DNA of 64,000 bases from an uncultured Clostridia bacterium. Its GTDB lineage: Bacteria > Bacillota > Clostridia > TANB77 > CAG-508. The translations under genes and the position numbers were made by a program. Within the stretch, counting starts at the first letter, position 1. Each line of letters begins with the position of its first letter. Of this stretch, positions 38,974-48,253 are shown piece after piece. The notes beneath the pieces are model-generated. The model ran no database searches. It saw only the letters and a program-made list of their open reading frames with translations, and was not told the DNA's origin. The stretch spans positions 6,173 through 70,172 of the forward strand of contig CALXXZ010000008.1 of the NCBI GenBank assembly GCA_944392805.1, written 5' to 3'.

Positions 38974-39049
38974 GCCTCGATAGCTCAGTTGGTAGAGCAA
39001 AGGACTGAAAATCCTTGTGTCACTGGTTCGATTCCAGTTCGAGGCACCA
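38974..39049 (+). tRNA. tRNA-Phe (anticodon GAA), CCA encoded
   Basis: Acceptor stem GCCTCGA/TCGAGGC, anticodon loop CTGAAAA, T-arm GGTTCGATTCC. Confidence 0.9.
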
Positions 39050-39056
39050 CAAGAAG

Positions 39057-39094
39057 AACCTTGATTTCAACATATTTCAAGGTTTTCTTTTTTG
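39057..39094 (+). terminator. terminator after the tRNA cluster
   Basis: AACCTTGA-loop-TCAAGGTT plus a T-run. Confidence 0.7.
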
Positions 39095-39174
39095 TTTTTT
39101 TTTATAAAATATGTTGCAAAATGTAAAAAATTGGTATATACTTTTTTTATAATAAATAAAAGGGGGAAATAGAG

Positions 39175-39663
39175 ATGGAAAAAAATGAAAAGAAATCAAT
39201 TTTAAAAAGATGGTGGTTTTGGGCAATTATTATATTAGTTGTAATTATTATTGTAGGTTCTCAAGGAGGAAATACTAATACTCAAACTTCTACATCTACA
39301 GACAATACAACTAACATAACTGATACAACTGGTACAAAAAAAGAAGAAGACAATGTACCAACAGAATACAAAAACGCACTAAAAAAAGCAGAATCATATT
39401 CTGAGATAATGCATATGTCTAAACAAAAAATATATGATCAGTTAACATCAGAATATGGAGAGAAATTTCCTGCAGATGCTGCACAATACGCGATAGATAA
39501 TTTACAAGTAGACTATAAAGCTAATGCATTAGAAAAAGCTAAATCTTATCAGGAAACAATGAATATGTCAAAACAGAGAATATATGACCAGTTAACATCA
39601 GAATATGGGGAAAAATTTACTGCAGAAGAGGCCCAATATGCAATAGATAATTTAAAAGATTAA
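39175..39663 (+). CDS. Ltp-family (host cell surface-exposed, phage superinfection-exclusion type) repeat protein, TM-anchored
   Basis: Two ~50-aa repeats (39373-39522 and 39523-39660) of the form S..IM.MSKQ.IYDQLTSEYGEKF...AQYAIDNL. N-terminal TM segment with no lipobox Cys. Confidence 0.65.
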   Translation: MEKNEKKSILKRWWFWAIIILVVIIIVGSQGGNTNTQTSTSTDNTTNITDTTGTKKEEDNVPTEYKNALKKAESYSEIMHMSKQKIYDQLTSEYGEKFPADAAQYAIDNLQVDYKANALEKAKSYQETMNMSKQRIYDQLTSEYGEKFTAEEAQYAIDNLKD

Positions 39664-39800
39664 AAAATAAAAATAGAGAATGTAGACGTTTTGTTTTTTA
39701 TATAGCATCAGGTTAATTTCTGGTGCTTTTATTATGATTTAAAAGAAAAGTATGATATTGATTTAGATATATTAAGAATATAAATTCATAGGAGAAAGAA

Positions 39801-40223
39801 ATGATAAGAAAATTCAAAAAGAAAGATATAAATGATGTAATGCAAATATGGAAAAACGAAAATGTAAAAGCTCATAAATTTATTCCAGAAGAATATTGGA
39901 AAAATAATTATAACTATGTAAAAGAAGTCTTGCCAAATGCAGAAATATATGTTTATATTGTTAAAGAAAAAATTGTAGGATTTGTAGGATTAGATAAAAA
40001 TTATATTCAAGGAATTTTTGTTGATACAAATAATCAATATAAAGGGATAGGAACATCTTTATTAAATAAAGTAAAAGAAAATAGAAATAATTTAACATTA
40101 AATGTATATAAGAAAAATACAAATGCTATCAACTTTTATAAAAAGAATGATTTTACAATTACAAGTGAAAAGATAGATGAAAATACTGGAGAAATAGAAT
40201 ATACTATGACTTGGAATAAGTAA
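39801..40223 (+). CDS. GNAT family N-acetyltransferase
   Basis: 140 aa with the acetyl-CoA motif QYKGIGTSLL and a ..NAINFYKKNDF tail. Confidence 0.8.
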   Translation: MIRKFKKKDINDVMQIWKNENVKAHKFIPEEYWKNNYNYVKEVLPNAEIYVYIVKEKIVGFVGLDKNYIQGIFVDTNNQYKGIGTSLLNKVKENRNNLTLNVYKKNTNAINFYKKNDFTITSEKIDENTGEIEYTMTWNK

Positions 40224-40313
40224 CTAAAAAATTAGAATGTGTGTGAAAATTAATAATTACAAAAAAACTAGACATAATAATACAAACAGAAAAATTAAAA
40301 AAAGGATAATAAG

Positions 40314-41018
40314 ATGATTAATGAAATAATGAAAGAACTAGAAAAATTAGGTAGTGAACAAACAAAGAAAACCTATATAAAGCACGGAGCAAGAGAACCA
40401 TTATATGGTGTAACAACAGGAAAGCTGAAACCAATTGCTAAAAAAATAAAAAAAGACTACAAACTGTCTATGGAATTATATGAAACAGGAAACTATGATG
40501 CAATGTATTTAGCAGGAATGATAGCAGAACCTGAAAAAATGTCTAAATTAGATTTTGACAATTGGATAAAAAAAGCCTATTGCCATGGTATAGCTGATTA
40601 TGTTGTTTCTGTAACATTAGCAAAATCACCATTAGCACAAGATATTGCTGACCAATGGATAAAAAGTGATAAAGAATTATATGCATCTGCCGGTTGGTCC
40701 TGTTACTGTTGGCTCCTAGGTTATCAAAATGATAGTCTTTTTGATAAAGAAAAAATATATAGATACTTAAAAGAAGTAGAAAAAAATATACATTCTAGTC
40801 CTAATAGAGTTCGTTATGCAATGAACAATTTTGTAATAACAGTTGGAATTTCATATAAAGCATTACACGAAGAAGCTTTGGAAGTAGCAAATAAAATAGG
40901 AAAAGTATATGTAGATATGGGAGATACAAGTTGTAAAACACCTATTGCTACAGAATATATACAAAAAGCAATAGAAAAGCAAAGAATTGGTTTCAAAAGA
41001 AAAAATGTGAGATGTTAA
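40314..41018 (+). CDS. DNA alkylation repair protein (AlkD-like HEAT-repeat family)
   Basis: About 230 aa helical repeat protein. The N-terminal L.KLGSEQTKKTYIKHGA..P.YGV pattern is typical of the family. Confidence 0.65.
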   Translation: MINEIMKELEKLGSEQTKKTYIKHGAREPLYGVTTGKLKPIAKKIKKDYKLSMELYETGNYDAMYLAGMIAEPEKMSKLDFDNWIKKAYCHGIADYVVSVTLAKSPLAQDIADQWIKSDKELYASAGWSCYCWLLGYQNDSLFDKEKIYRYLKEVEKNIHSSPNRVRYAMNNFVITVGISYKALHEEALEVANKIGKVYVDMGDTSCKTPIATEYIQKAIEKQRIGFKRKNVRC

Positions 41019-41045
41019 AAAATGTTTAAATAAAATAAGAAATCT

Positions 41046-41076
41046 AGAGAAAGATAAAATCATATTATCTTTCTCT
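41046..41076. terminator. bidirectional terminator
   Basis: AGAGAAAGATAA-loop-TTATCTTTCTCT between convergent genes. Confidence 0.65.
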
Positions 41077-41088
41077 TAATAAAATTAA

Positions 41089-42363
41089 TTACCATTCTTT
41101 TTTGCAATTGATTAATTCTGAAATATATCCAATTAAACAATAAGGAGCTAGAATAAATGCATATAATAAAACATAAACAATAAATGCGAATATACTTCTT
41201 CTTTCTAATTTACAATTAATTTCTTTTTGCATATTTTTTCGTCTAATTTCAATCAACAAACATAGTAACAATCCCAAAGGAATTACAAGTAAAGAAATCC
41301 AACTAATTAATAAAGGATTTCCTAAAGTTAATAAAATTAATCCAAGTGGTACAAAAATAAGAAGAGCTAAATCGATAAAAGGGAAAAATAAATTTAAGCT
41401 CATCAAGAACTTAGATTTTTTACTCATACTTTTTGAACTGAACACTTTTACTTTTTTAAAAGCCTCAATCATACCTCTAGCCCATCTTTTTCTTTGTTTA
41501 CCTAAATCACGAAGAGTTTCGGGAACCTCAGTATATGCAACTGCTTTTTTTGCAAAATTAGTCTCATAACCCTTGCTTAATAATTGCCAAGTCAAAACAA
41601 TATCTTCACCCACACAGTTTTCCCATCCACCGATTTCTCTTAACATCTCTGTTTTATAAGCACTAAAAGCACCTTGAGCAACTAAAGTTGAATTATAATT
41701 GTTTTGAACAAATTTAACACCAAAAATACCTAAAGTATAATCCCATTCTTGTAATTTTGTAATAAAACTTTTTTTAGCATTTTTAACAAATAAGCATCCT
41801 GCAGTAGCAGCAGTTTTTTTATCAGAATTTGTTAATTTATTCATAATATTTTTTATTGCCAAAGGATCTAAAACAGTATCAGCATCTACAGTAATAGTAT
41901 AATCAGTTCTTACTTCTTGTAATCCTTTGTTAAGAGCTTCGGTTTTTCCTTTATGGTCAGCTTGTATAAGAGTTACATTGCAATTAAAATCCATTGATCT
42001 TAATAATTCCAAAGTACCATCTGTTGAACCATCATCTATAATATTTATATAAATATTTCCACAATATTTTTGATGTTCTATTGATTCTATAGTCTGTTTA
42101 ATTGTTTTTTCAGCATTATACACAGGAATCAAAACAGTAACATCTTCATCTTTTTTATTACAGGTCTTTTTGTCATCTTTATTAAAAAGTAAGCTAATAA
42201 AATTAAAAACATAACAAAAGCCTGGGATTAAAGCAATAAATGTCACAAGATAAATTGCAAAGAAATATCCAAAATAACATGCTATATCAGTAATCCAATA
42301 AATATTTATAAAAATTGAGCAAATAAGACATAGTAATGCAATCATAATTGATATTAAAAACAT
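41089..42363 (-). CDS. processive family-2 glycosyltransferase (PgaC/IcaA/cellulose-synthase-like)
   Basis: DDGSTDGT, DADT and QRKRWARG (QxxRW) motifs flanked by TM segments. Start set to the ATG 6 nt after GAGGTG (the track starts at a GTG, 42372). Confidence 0.8.
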   Translation of the reverse strand: MFLISIMIALLCLICSIFINIYWITDIACYFGYFFAIYLVTFIALIPGFCYVFNFISLLFNKDDKKTCNKKDEDVTVLIPVYNAEKTIKQTIESIEHQKYCGNIYINIIDDGSTDGTLELLRSMDFNCNVTLIQADHKGKTEALNKGLQEVRTDYTITVDADTVLDPLAIKNIMNKLTNSDKKTAATAGCLFVKNAKKSFITKLQEWDYTLGIFGVKFVQNNYNSTLVAQGAFSAYKTEMLREIGGWENCVGEDIVLTWQLLSKGYETNFAKKAVAYTEVPETLRDLGKQRKRWARGMIEAFKKVKVFSSKSMSKKSKFLMSLNLFFPFIDLALLIFVPLGLILLTLGNPLLISWISLLVIPLGLLLCLLIEIRRKNMQKEINCKLERRSIFAFIVYVLLYAFILAPYCLIGYISELINCKKEW

Positions 42364-42460
42364 TTTCATCACCTCATAATATCGTATGAAAATGGATAAA
42401 AATGGTGATAAGTGTCGAAAAATGTTTCATTAGAATATAATAAAAAGAGGTGAATAAAAA

Positions 42461-43252
42461 TTGAAAATAAAAAGGTTGATTGTGATAATATTTTTAATAA
42501 TTATTGTAATTGTTGGAATATGTATTTTTAAACAATATAAATATAGCAAAAGAGCTGATACTAAGATTCCTATATTGCTGTATCATAATTTTGTAACAAC
42601 AGTTCCTGAAAGTGACCCTGATAACTTTAATTATATAAATACACCAGAAAGTTTTGAAGAAAATATAAAAACTCTTATAGAAAATGGATATACAATAATA
42701 TCAATGAAAGAATTAAATGATTGTGATGCAGGAAAAATGGAACTTCCTGATAAACCAATTATTATAACTTTTGATGACGGATATTATAGTAATTATGAGT
42801 ATATCTATCCAATTTTAAAAAAATATAATGCAAAAGCATCTATCTTCATAGTAACTGATAAAATTGGAAAAGAGATTGATGGAATAAAATATTTAGGATG
42901 GGAAGAATGTTTAGAAATGCAAAATAGTGGTCTTGTAGAAATATGTAGTCACAGTAAAAAACATGTTTTTTATGATAGATTTCCTGTAAGAGAATTTCGT
43001 GATGATGTATTAGAATCTTATGAAATGATAGAAAAACATTTAGGAAAACAAGACTTGAAAGTATTTGCTTATCCTTATGGTGCATATACAAAAGAAACTG
43101 TTAGAACTTTACAAAATAATGGTATAGACTTTCAAATATATGATATAGGAATAAATAACTTTAAAAACTTGGATAAAAATTTCATTAAAAGAATAAATAT
43201 TCCTTGTGAAATGACAGGAAAAGAAATTATAGAAGAAATAGAAAGCTATTAA
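42461..43252 (+). CDS. polysaccharide deacetylase (NodB homology domain)
   Basis: TM segment, ITFDDGY motif, His motifs. TTG start after AAAGAGGTGA. Confidence 0.75.
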   Translation: MKIKRLIVIIFLIIIVIVGICIFKQYKYSKRADTKIPILLYHNFVTTVPESDPDNFNYINTPESFEENIKTLIENGYTIISMKELNDCDAGKMELPDKPIIITFDDGYYSNYEYIYPILKKYNAKASIFIVTDKIGKEIDGIKYLGWEECLEMQNSGLVEICSHSKKHVFYDRFPVREFRDDVLESYEMIEKHLGKQDLKVFAYPYGAYTKETVRTLQNNGIDFQIYDIGINNFKNLDKNFIKRINIPCEMTGKEIIEEIESY

Positions 43253-43283
43253 TTAATAAAAAGAATAGAGCATTATAAATACT

Positions 43284-44087
43284 CTATTCATACATAAGAA
43301 AACTATAATTTGGATTATATGTATAAGTATAATTCCCATCATAAATAGAAGATGAATCGTTTTCTAATGGAATACTAATATAAACAGGACATTTAAACTT
43401 TTGCCCCAAATTATTTTCAATATAAACTGTAAAACTAAAATTACATTTTAAATCATTTAATAATATATTACATTTTTTCAAAAGAGAACCGTCATATACA
43501 ATAGCATTATCAGTATTTTCAATAGTATAATTATTTGTTATACCAGAATTCACATAACTTAATGTAATTGGATTAGCACAATTATTAAATAATGTAGGTG
43601 TGTTATAATCTATTTCATCTTTAGAAGAAACAGAAAAATCTAAATCAGAAGAAATAAGATTTTCTTCTACAATATTTGGAGTTGCAAAATTATGCAAATT
43701 CTTATAATACAGATTTGGGGTACCTGATGAAGGAGTAGTATTAAAAGAAAAATCTTTAATTGCAACAGATTTTAATGTATTTTCTGCAGAAAAGTCATCA
43801 GTAGAATTATTTATAAAAACAGCTATATCAGTATATTGAGTCAAATTGTTAATAGTAGTAGTACTATTAGAATTTATAGTAGAATCAGCATTGCAACTAC
43901 TAAAAAGTACAATTTTATCAATTGTAAAAATTTTATTAGCTTCTTTATTTGATATACTATCTATATAATTTTCAAAAAAAAGTTTACTAATAAAAGAGGT
44001 ATATACGATATTGCAAAGAAATATTAAAATAAAAACTAAAATAGTAAAAACAACAAAGAAACATATTTTTTTAATATTAAATTTCAT
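43284..44087 (-). CDS. hypothetical membrane-anchored Asn/Ser-rich protein
   Basis: Good RBS and an N-terminal TM segment. No recognisable motif. Confidence 0.5.
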   Translation of the reverse strand: MKFNIKKICFFVVFTILVFILIFLCNIVYTSFISKLFFENYIDSISNKEANKIFTIDKIVLFSSCNADSTINSNSTTTINNLTQYTDIAVFINNSTDDFSAENTLKSVAIKDFSFNTTPSSGTPNLYYKNLHNFATPNIVEENLISSDLDFSVSSKDEIDYNTPTLFNNCANPITLSYVNSGITNNYTIENTDNAIVYDGSLLKKCNILLNDLKCNFSFTVYIENNLGQKFKCPVYISIPLENDSSSIYDGNYTYTYNPNYSFLMYE

Positions 44088-44164
44088 AAAAACCTCCTTG
44101 TATAATAATATAATATAAAAAAATAATTAAGGCAAGAGAATATAAAAAATTCCAGAAATTTAAA

Positions 44165-44193
44165 TTGACAAAAATCGACCAAAATATTAAAAT
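44165..44193 (+). promoter_or_regulatory. promoter of the glucosaminidase gene
   Basis: TTGACA-N17-TAAAAT. The ORF-track TTG start is this -35 box. Confidence 0.5.
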
Positions 44194-44209
44194 AATATTA
44201 GGTGATAAC

Positions 44210-45391
44210 ATGAAATCTAAAGAAAAAATAATATTAGGAATAATTTTAATATTAATTCTTGCAATAATTTATATTTCTATACTAGTATATTCTAATAAAA
44301 ATGTATCATATGCAAGTAATGATGAAATATCTAATCAAGGGGTAGAAATATCAAGTGCAGAAAAAGTAGATATAGAGCAAATAATAGCTCAAAATCAAAA
44401 AAAAGATGTTGAGCAGATAATAACAGAAGAAATAGAATTAGAATATATTACAGAATATAAGAGTAATAATGAATTATCAAAAGAGACAATTCAAGTTGTA
44501 CAAGAAGGAAGAACTGGAATACAACAAGTAACCAAAAAAATAACATATGATGAAAATGGGCAAATGCATGAAGAACAGATTAACTCAATAATAATAAAAG
44601 CACCTGTAAACAAAATTGTTGAAATAGGAACATCCAAAAGTAAAAGCACATATAAAATCTCTAAAGGAAGCAAAATATATGTAATATCAGATAGAGCAGA
44701 AATAATGAGAGAAAATAATTTAGAAAGTGGAAAAATAACAACAATATCAAAAAATACTGAAATGACAGTATTAGAAGTAAGTGATAATTGGTATAAGATT
44801 TCAATAAATGGACAAGTTGGATGGATAAAATCAGAAAATGTAACAAGTGTGAACCCAAATCCATCAACTGACAATGGAAAAGAAAGTACAACAATTGCAA
44901 AATGCGATTTTAATATGGCGCTTAATAAACCAAGTGGACTATCATTAGAACAATTTAAAAAAGTACTTAGTGATTCTAAAGACAAAAATAATGTATTTAG
45001 TCAAAATGCAGAATATTTTTATTACATAGAACAGCAATATAACATAAATGGAATATTTGTTGCAGCAATAGGCATACATGAAAGTGCATGGGGAACTTCT
45101 AGAATATCATTAAATAAGAAAAATTTATTTGGATATGGTGCTTATGATTCAAGTCCATATAATAGTTCATATAGTTTCTCAACATATTCAGAAGGAATAG
45201 ACTTAATTGCACGTGTATTAGTAAAACATTATCTAAATCCAAAAGGAACAGCAACATATGGAAGTGAAACAGCAACAGGAAAATATTATAACGGAAATAC
45301 AGTATCAGCAGTTAATAAAAAATATGCTACAGATAAAAATTGGGCTAACAAAGTATATAGTTATATGGAATACTTATATTCTAAATTATAA
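44210..45391 (+). CDS. G5 + SH3 + mannosyl-glycoprotein endo-beta-N-acetylglucosaminidase cell-wall hydrolase
   Basis: TM segment, G5 repeat, SH3_3 domain (NWYKISINGQVGWI) and a glucosaminidase motif (GIHESAWGTS...NLFGYGAYD). Confidence 0.8.
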   Translation: MKSKEKIILGIILILILAIIYISILVYSNKNVSYASNDEISNQGVEISSAEKVDIEQIIAQNQKKDVEQIITEEIELEYITEYKSNNELSKETIQVVQEGRTGIQQVTKKITYDENGQMHEEQINSIIIKAPVNKIVEIGTSKSKSTYKISKGSKIYVISDRAEIMRENNLESGKITTISKNTEMTVLEVSDNWYKISINGQVGWIKSENVTSVNPNPSTDNGKESTTIAKCDFNMALNKPSGLSLEQFKKVLSDSKDKNNVFSQNAEYFYYIEQQYNINGIFVAAIGIHESAWGTSRISLNKKNLFGYGAYDSSPYNSSYSFSTYSEGIDLIARVLVKHYLNPKGTATYGSETATGKYYNGNTVSAVNKKYATDKNWANKVYSYMEYLYSKL

Positions 45392-45420
45392 TAAATAAAA
45401 TTTTAATAAATTTATAAAAA

Positions 45421-45447
45421 ATAGCAAGAATAAACTTGCTATTTTTT
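45421..45447 (+). terminator. intrinsic terminator (ATAGCAAG hairpin family)
   Basis: ATAGCAAG-aataaa-CTTGCTAT plus a T-run. Confidence 0.75.
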
Positions 45448-45508
45448 AAATTGTAGTGTATGATATAGAGGTAGAAATTATACGAGTCAATTAGAAAGGG
45501 GAACAGGT

Positions 45509-45916
45509 ATGAAAAAGATAACTGCAGTAATGATAATAGTGTTAATAGCGATAATGTTGTTTGGAAGTAATTTTGTGTATGCAGAAACAACTGCAACAGA
45601 GACCAATAATAGTGATAGTCAATTAATAAAAATAAAAGAAAATAGTGCAAAAACATTAGATGAATACAAACAAAAATATGGATCAGATGCATATGGACTA
45701 ACAGCATTTATATTAAATATAATAAGAATATATAGTATACCATTTTGTTTTTTAGGAATAGCAATAAGTGCGATATATCAATATGTAATAGGAATAAGAA
45801 AACTAGACAATCAAGAAAAAGGGCTAGTAATGATGGTATCATTTGTAACAATATTAGTAATATGCCAGATTTTACCACTTGCTTTTGCTGTTGTTGTAAA
45901 ATTTGGAAGGGGGTAA
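45509..45916 (+). CDS. small secreted/membrane protein (signal peptide plus two TM segments)
   Basis: Signal peptide ending VYA/ET. Hydrophobic C-terminal half. First gene of a tightly spaced operon. Confidence 0.55.
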   Translation: MKKITAVMIIVLIAIMLFGSNFVYAETTATETNNSDSQLIKIKENSAKTLDEYKQKYGSDAYGLTAFILNIIRIYSIPFCFLGIAISAIYQYVIGIRKLDNQEKGLVMMVSFVTILVICQILPLAFAVVVKFGRG

Positions 45917-45919
45917 CCA

Positions 45920-48235
45920 ATGAAAGTTTTATTTGCAGTAAGTAATGAGAAAATGTCAGAATCAATAGTAAAACAATATCAAAAAGAATATAAACAAATA
46001 ATCTCATATAAAAATGTTTATTACTTTAATGCAATATTAAAAGAATTACAAAGAGATAAAGGATATGATAGAATAGTAATAAGTGAAGACTTAGAACAAT
46101 TTGCTAATTTAGATTATCAAAAAATGGATAAATTTTTGTTTGAAAAACTAGATAGTATTAGTGATGAGGCTTCAAACATGAATGGAGAAGACATACCAAT
46201 TTTACTAATATGTTCAGAAAGAAGAGCTAAATCAGAACCAATATTAGTAAAATTATTTGGCATAGGAATTTATAATGCAATAATAGGAAATGATAGAAGT
46301 GTAAATGAAGTATGTAGATTAATAAATAGACCTCGTTCTAAAAAGGAAGCTAAAATATACTATAAAATAGATTCAGAAGATGTAACATATGAAAAAGATA
46401 ATGAAGATGATGTTAGTGAATTAGAAATACAGAACATATTAGCACATTATAAAAGACTTGGAAATAATGAAGAAAAATATGTAGAAAGTTTCGATAGTAT
46501 AGCAAGTCAATATAATGATGTACAACTAAAAATAATAAGTAAATTCTTACCATTAAATGTAAGAGCTGTATTAGAAGAAAGATCACCAAAATATCAAGAA
46601 ATAAATTCATATAATAATAAAATTTCTGATAAAGTTAGAGTAAGTGGCAAAAAACAAGACCTTCCAAAAGGAACAAGTGAAATATTTTTAAAGACACCTT
46701 CAGGTAAAAAATTAAATGAACCAGTAGTAGTTCCATCAGCAATCGATACAACTAAAAAAAGAAAAATACTAACAAGACCAAGTCAACCTAAAGAAGAAAT
46801 CATAAATCAAATACAAGAAGAAATACAAGACATATTAGAACCTGAAGATACATATAATATGGAGGATTTATTTGAGCTTCAACCAATAGAAGGAACAGAA
46901 CAATCAATTCAAGAAGAACAAATTCAGGAAACACAGAAACAAGAAGAACCAATGCAAGAACAACCAGTAAAAAGAAAAAGAGGAAGACCAAGAAAAATAG
47001 TAGAAGAACCAGTAGTACAAGCACCAAAAAGAAAAAGAGGAAGACCAAGAAAAGTTGTTGAGCCAATAGAAGAAGAAATAACATTGCCAGGAATGGAACA
47101 AGAGCCAGAAGAAGAAATGATATTACCAGGAATGGAGCAAGAGCCAGAAGAAGAAATAACATTACCAGGAATGGAACAAGAGCCAGAAGAAGAAATGACA
47201 TTACCAGGAATAGAAACAAGAGCAGAAGAAAACAATGAGATTGATGATGAATATAATAAAGTCTTACAAAATCTAAAAATAGAAAATGAAAAAGAAGAAA
47301 TAAATAGAAATGATAACCTAGGAAGAAGAGAAGAAAAACAATATCCAGAACTAGATATGGAAAGTTTATTATCTCAAAATCAAAAAGTTATAGCATTTGT
47401 AGGAACAAGCAAAAATGGAACATCATTTTTAATAAACAATGTAGCTGAACTATTATCAGCAAATGGAATAAATACAGCGATATTGGATTTAACACATAAC
47501 AGAAATGCATATTTTATATATACAAAAAATGAAGATGCATTAAGAGAGCAATCAAATTATATAATGGAAAACTTAATAAATGGAAGAGCAACAGGATTAC
47601 CAGAACATAGAAACTTAACTATATATACATCACCATATGAAAACAGTGAAGAAATAGAAAATGTTGAACCAATAATAGAAACACTTGTAAAAAATCATAC
47701 AGTAATATTAATGGACTGTGATTTTACAACACCAATGAGATACTTCAAATATGCACAAGAAATATATTTAGTACAATCAATGGATATATTAACAATACAA
47801 CCACTAACATTATATTTAAAACAACTAAGTGATAAAGGAATGTTAGAAGAATCAAAAGTAAGAGTAATATTAAACAAATTTATGAGAACAAGAGAAATAA
47901 ATGAAGAATTACTTATAGGAGGAATATCAATATATAATGATGCAGGAATGACTGTAAGAAAAGAACTATTTAATAGAAGGACAGTAAAATATATAACAAT
48001 TCCATTTGAACTAAAAACATATTTAAGATATTTAGATGGATTAGTTGTATGTGATGTATCATTAAAAGGATATTCGAAAGAATTCATGCAAAGTCTAAAA
48101 AAATTAGCAAGTATGATATATGGAGGAGAAAGTGGCTCAAAAGGCAAATATATGCCACCATCTGTAAAAAACAACAATAATGGATTTTCATCAAATATGA
48201 ACAATACATTAGACAGAATGAAGAGAACTTATTAG
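45920..48235 (+). CDS. TadZ/CpaE-like protein: pseudo-receiver N-domain, two AT-hooks, acidic tandem repeats, degenerate ParA/MinD ATPase domain
   Basis: The C-terminal fold pattern is VIAFVGTSKNGTSF (P-loop without the GKT lysine), VILMDCDF and VRVILNKF. KRKRGRPRK occurs at 46970-46996 and 47027-47053. Confidence 0.6.
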   Translation: MKVLFAVSNEKMSESIVKQYQKEYKQIISYKNVYYFNAILKELQRDKGYDRIVISEDLEQFANLDYQKMDKFLFEKLDSISDEASNMNGEDIPILLICSERRAKSEPILVKLFGIGIYNAIIGNDRSVNEVCRLINRPRSKKEAKIYYKIDSEDVTYEKDNEDDVSELEIQNILAHYKRLGNNEEKYVESFDSIASQYNDVQLKIISKFLPLNVRAVLEERSPKYQEINSYNNKISDKVRVSGKKQDLPKGTSEIFLKTPSGKKLNEPVVVPSAIDTTKKRKILTRPSQPKEEIINQIQEEIQDILEPEDTYNMEDLFELQPIEGTEQSIQEEQIQETQKQEEPMQEQPVKRKRGRPRKIVEEPVVQAPKRKRGRPRKVVEPIEEEITLPGMEQEPEEEMILPGMEQEPEEEITLPGMEQEPEEEMTLPGIETRAEENNEIDDEYNKVLQNLKIENEKEEINRNDNLGRREEKQYPELDMESLLSQNQKVIAFVGTSKNGTSFLINNVAELLSANGINTAILDLTHNRNAYFIYTKNEDALREQSNYIMENLINGRATGLPEHRNLTIYTSPYENSEEIENVEPIIETLVKNHTVILMDCDFTTPMRYFKYAQEIYLVQSMDILTIQPLTLYLKQLSDKGMLEESKVRVILNKFMRTREINEELLIGGISIYNDAGMTVRKELFNRRTVKYITIPFELKTYLRYLDGLVVCDVSLKGYSKEFMQSLKKLASMIYGGESGSKGKYMPPSVKNNNNGFSSNMNNTLDRMKRTY
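47069..47224 (+). repeat. in-frame 39-nt tandem repeat, 4 units (EEE[IM][TI]LPGMEQEP)
   Basis: Units at 47069, 47108, 47147 and 47186 (the last diverged), read directly from the sequence. Confidence 0.9.
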
Positions 48236-48253
48236 TACTGGAGGGAAAAACGA

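Noticed and set aside
38699-38983. 94-aa ORF overlapping the tRNA-Val and tRNA-Asp genes.
   Set aside because: Its sequence is the translation of tRNA genes, which are unambiguous cloverleaves with encoded CCA. The ORF is spurious.
45745-45945. 66-aa ORF overlapping the 45509 gene end and the 45920 gene start.
   Set aside because: It is an alternative frame of two genes that both have strong RBSs. It has no independent support.
47069-47224. Possibility that the 39-nt (47069-47224) or 12-nt (53119-53178) repeats represent a CRISPR array.
   Set aside because: The repeats are directly tandem with no spacers and are in frame inside long ORFs. No cas genes are present. No CRISPR array is present in the window.
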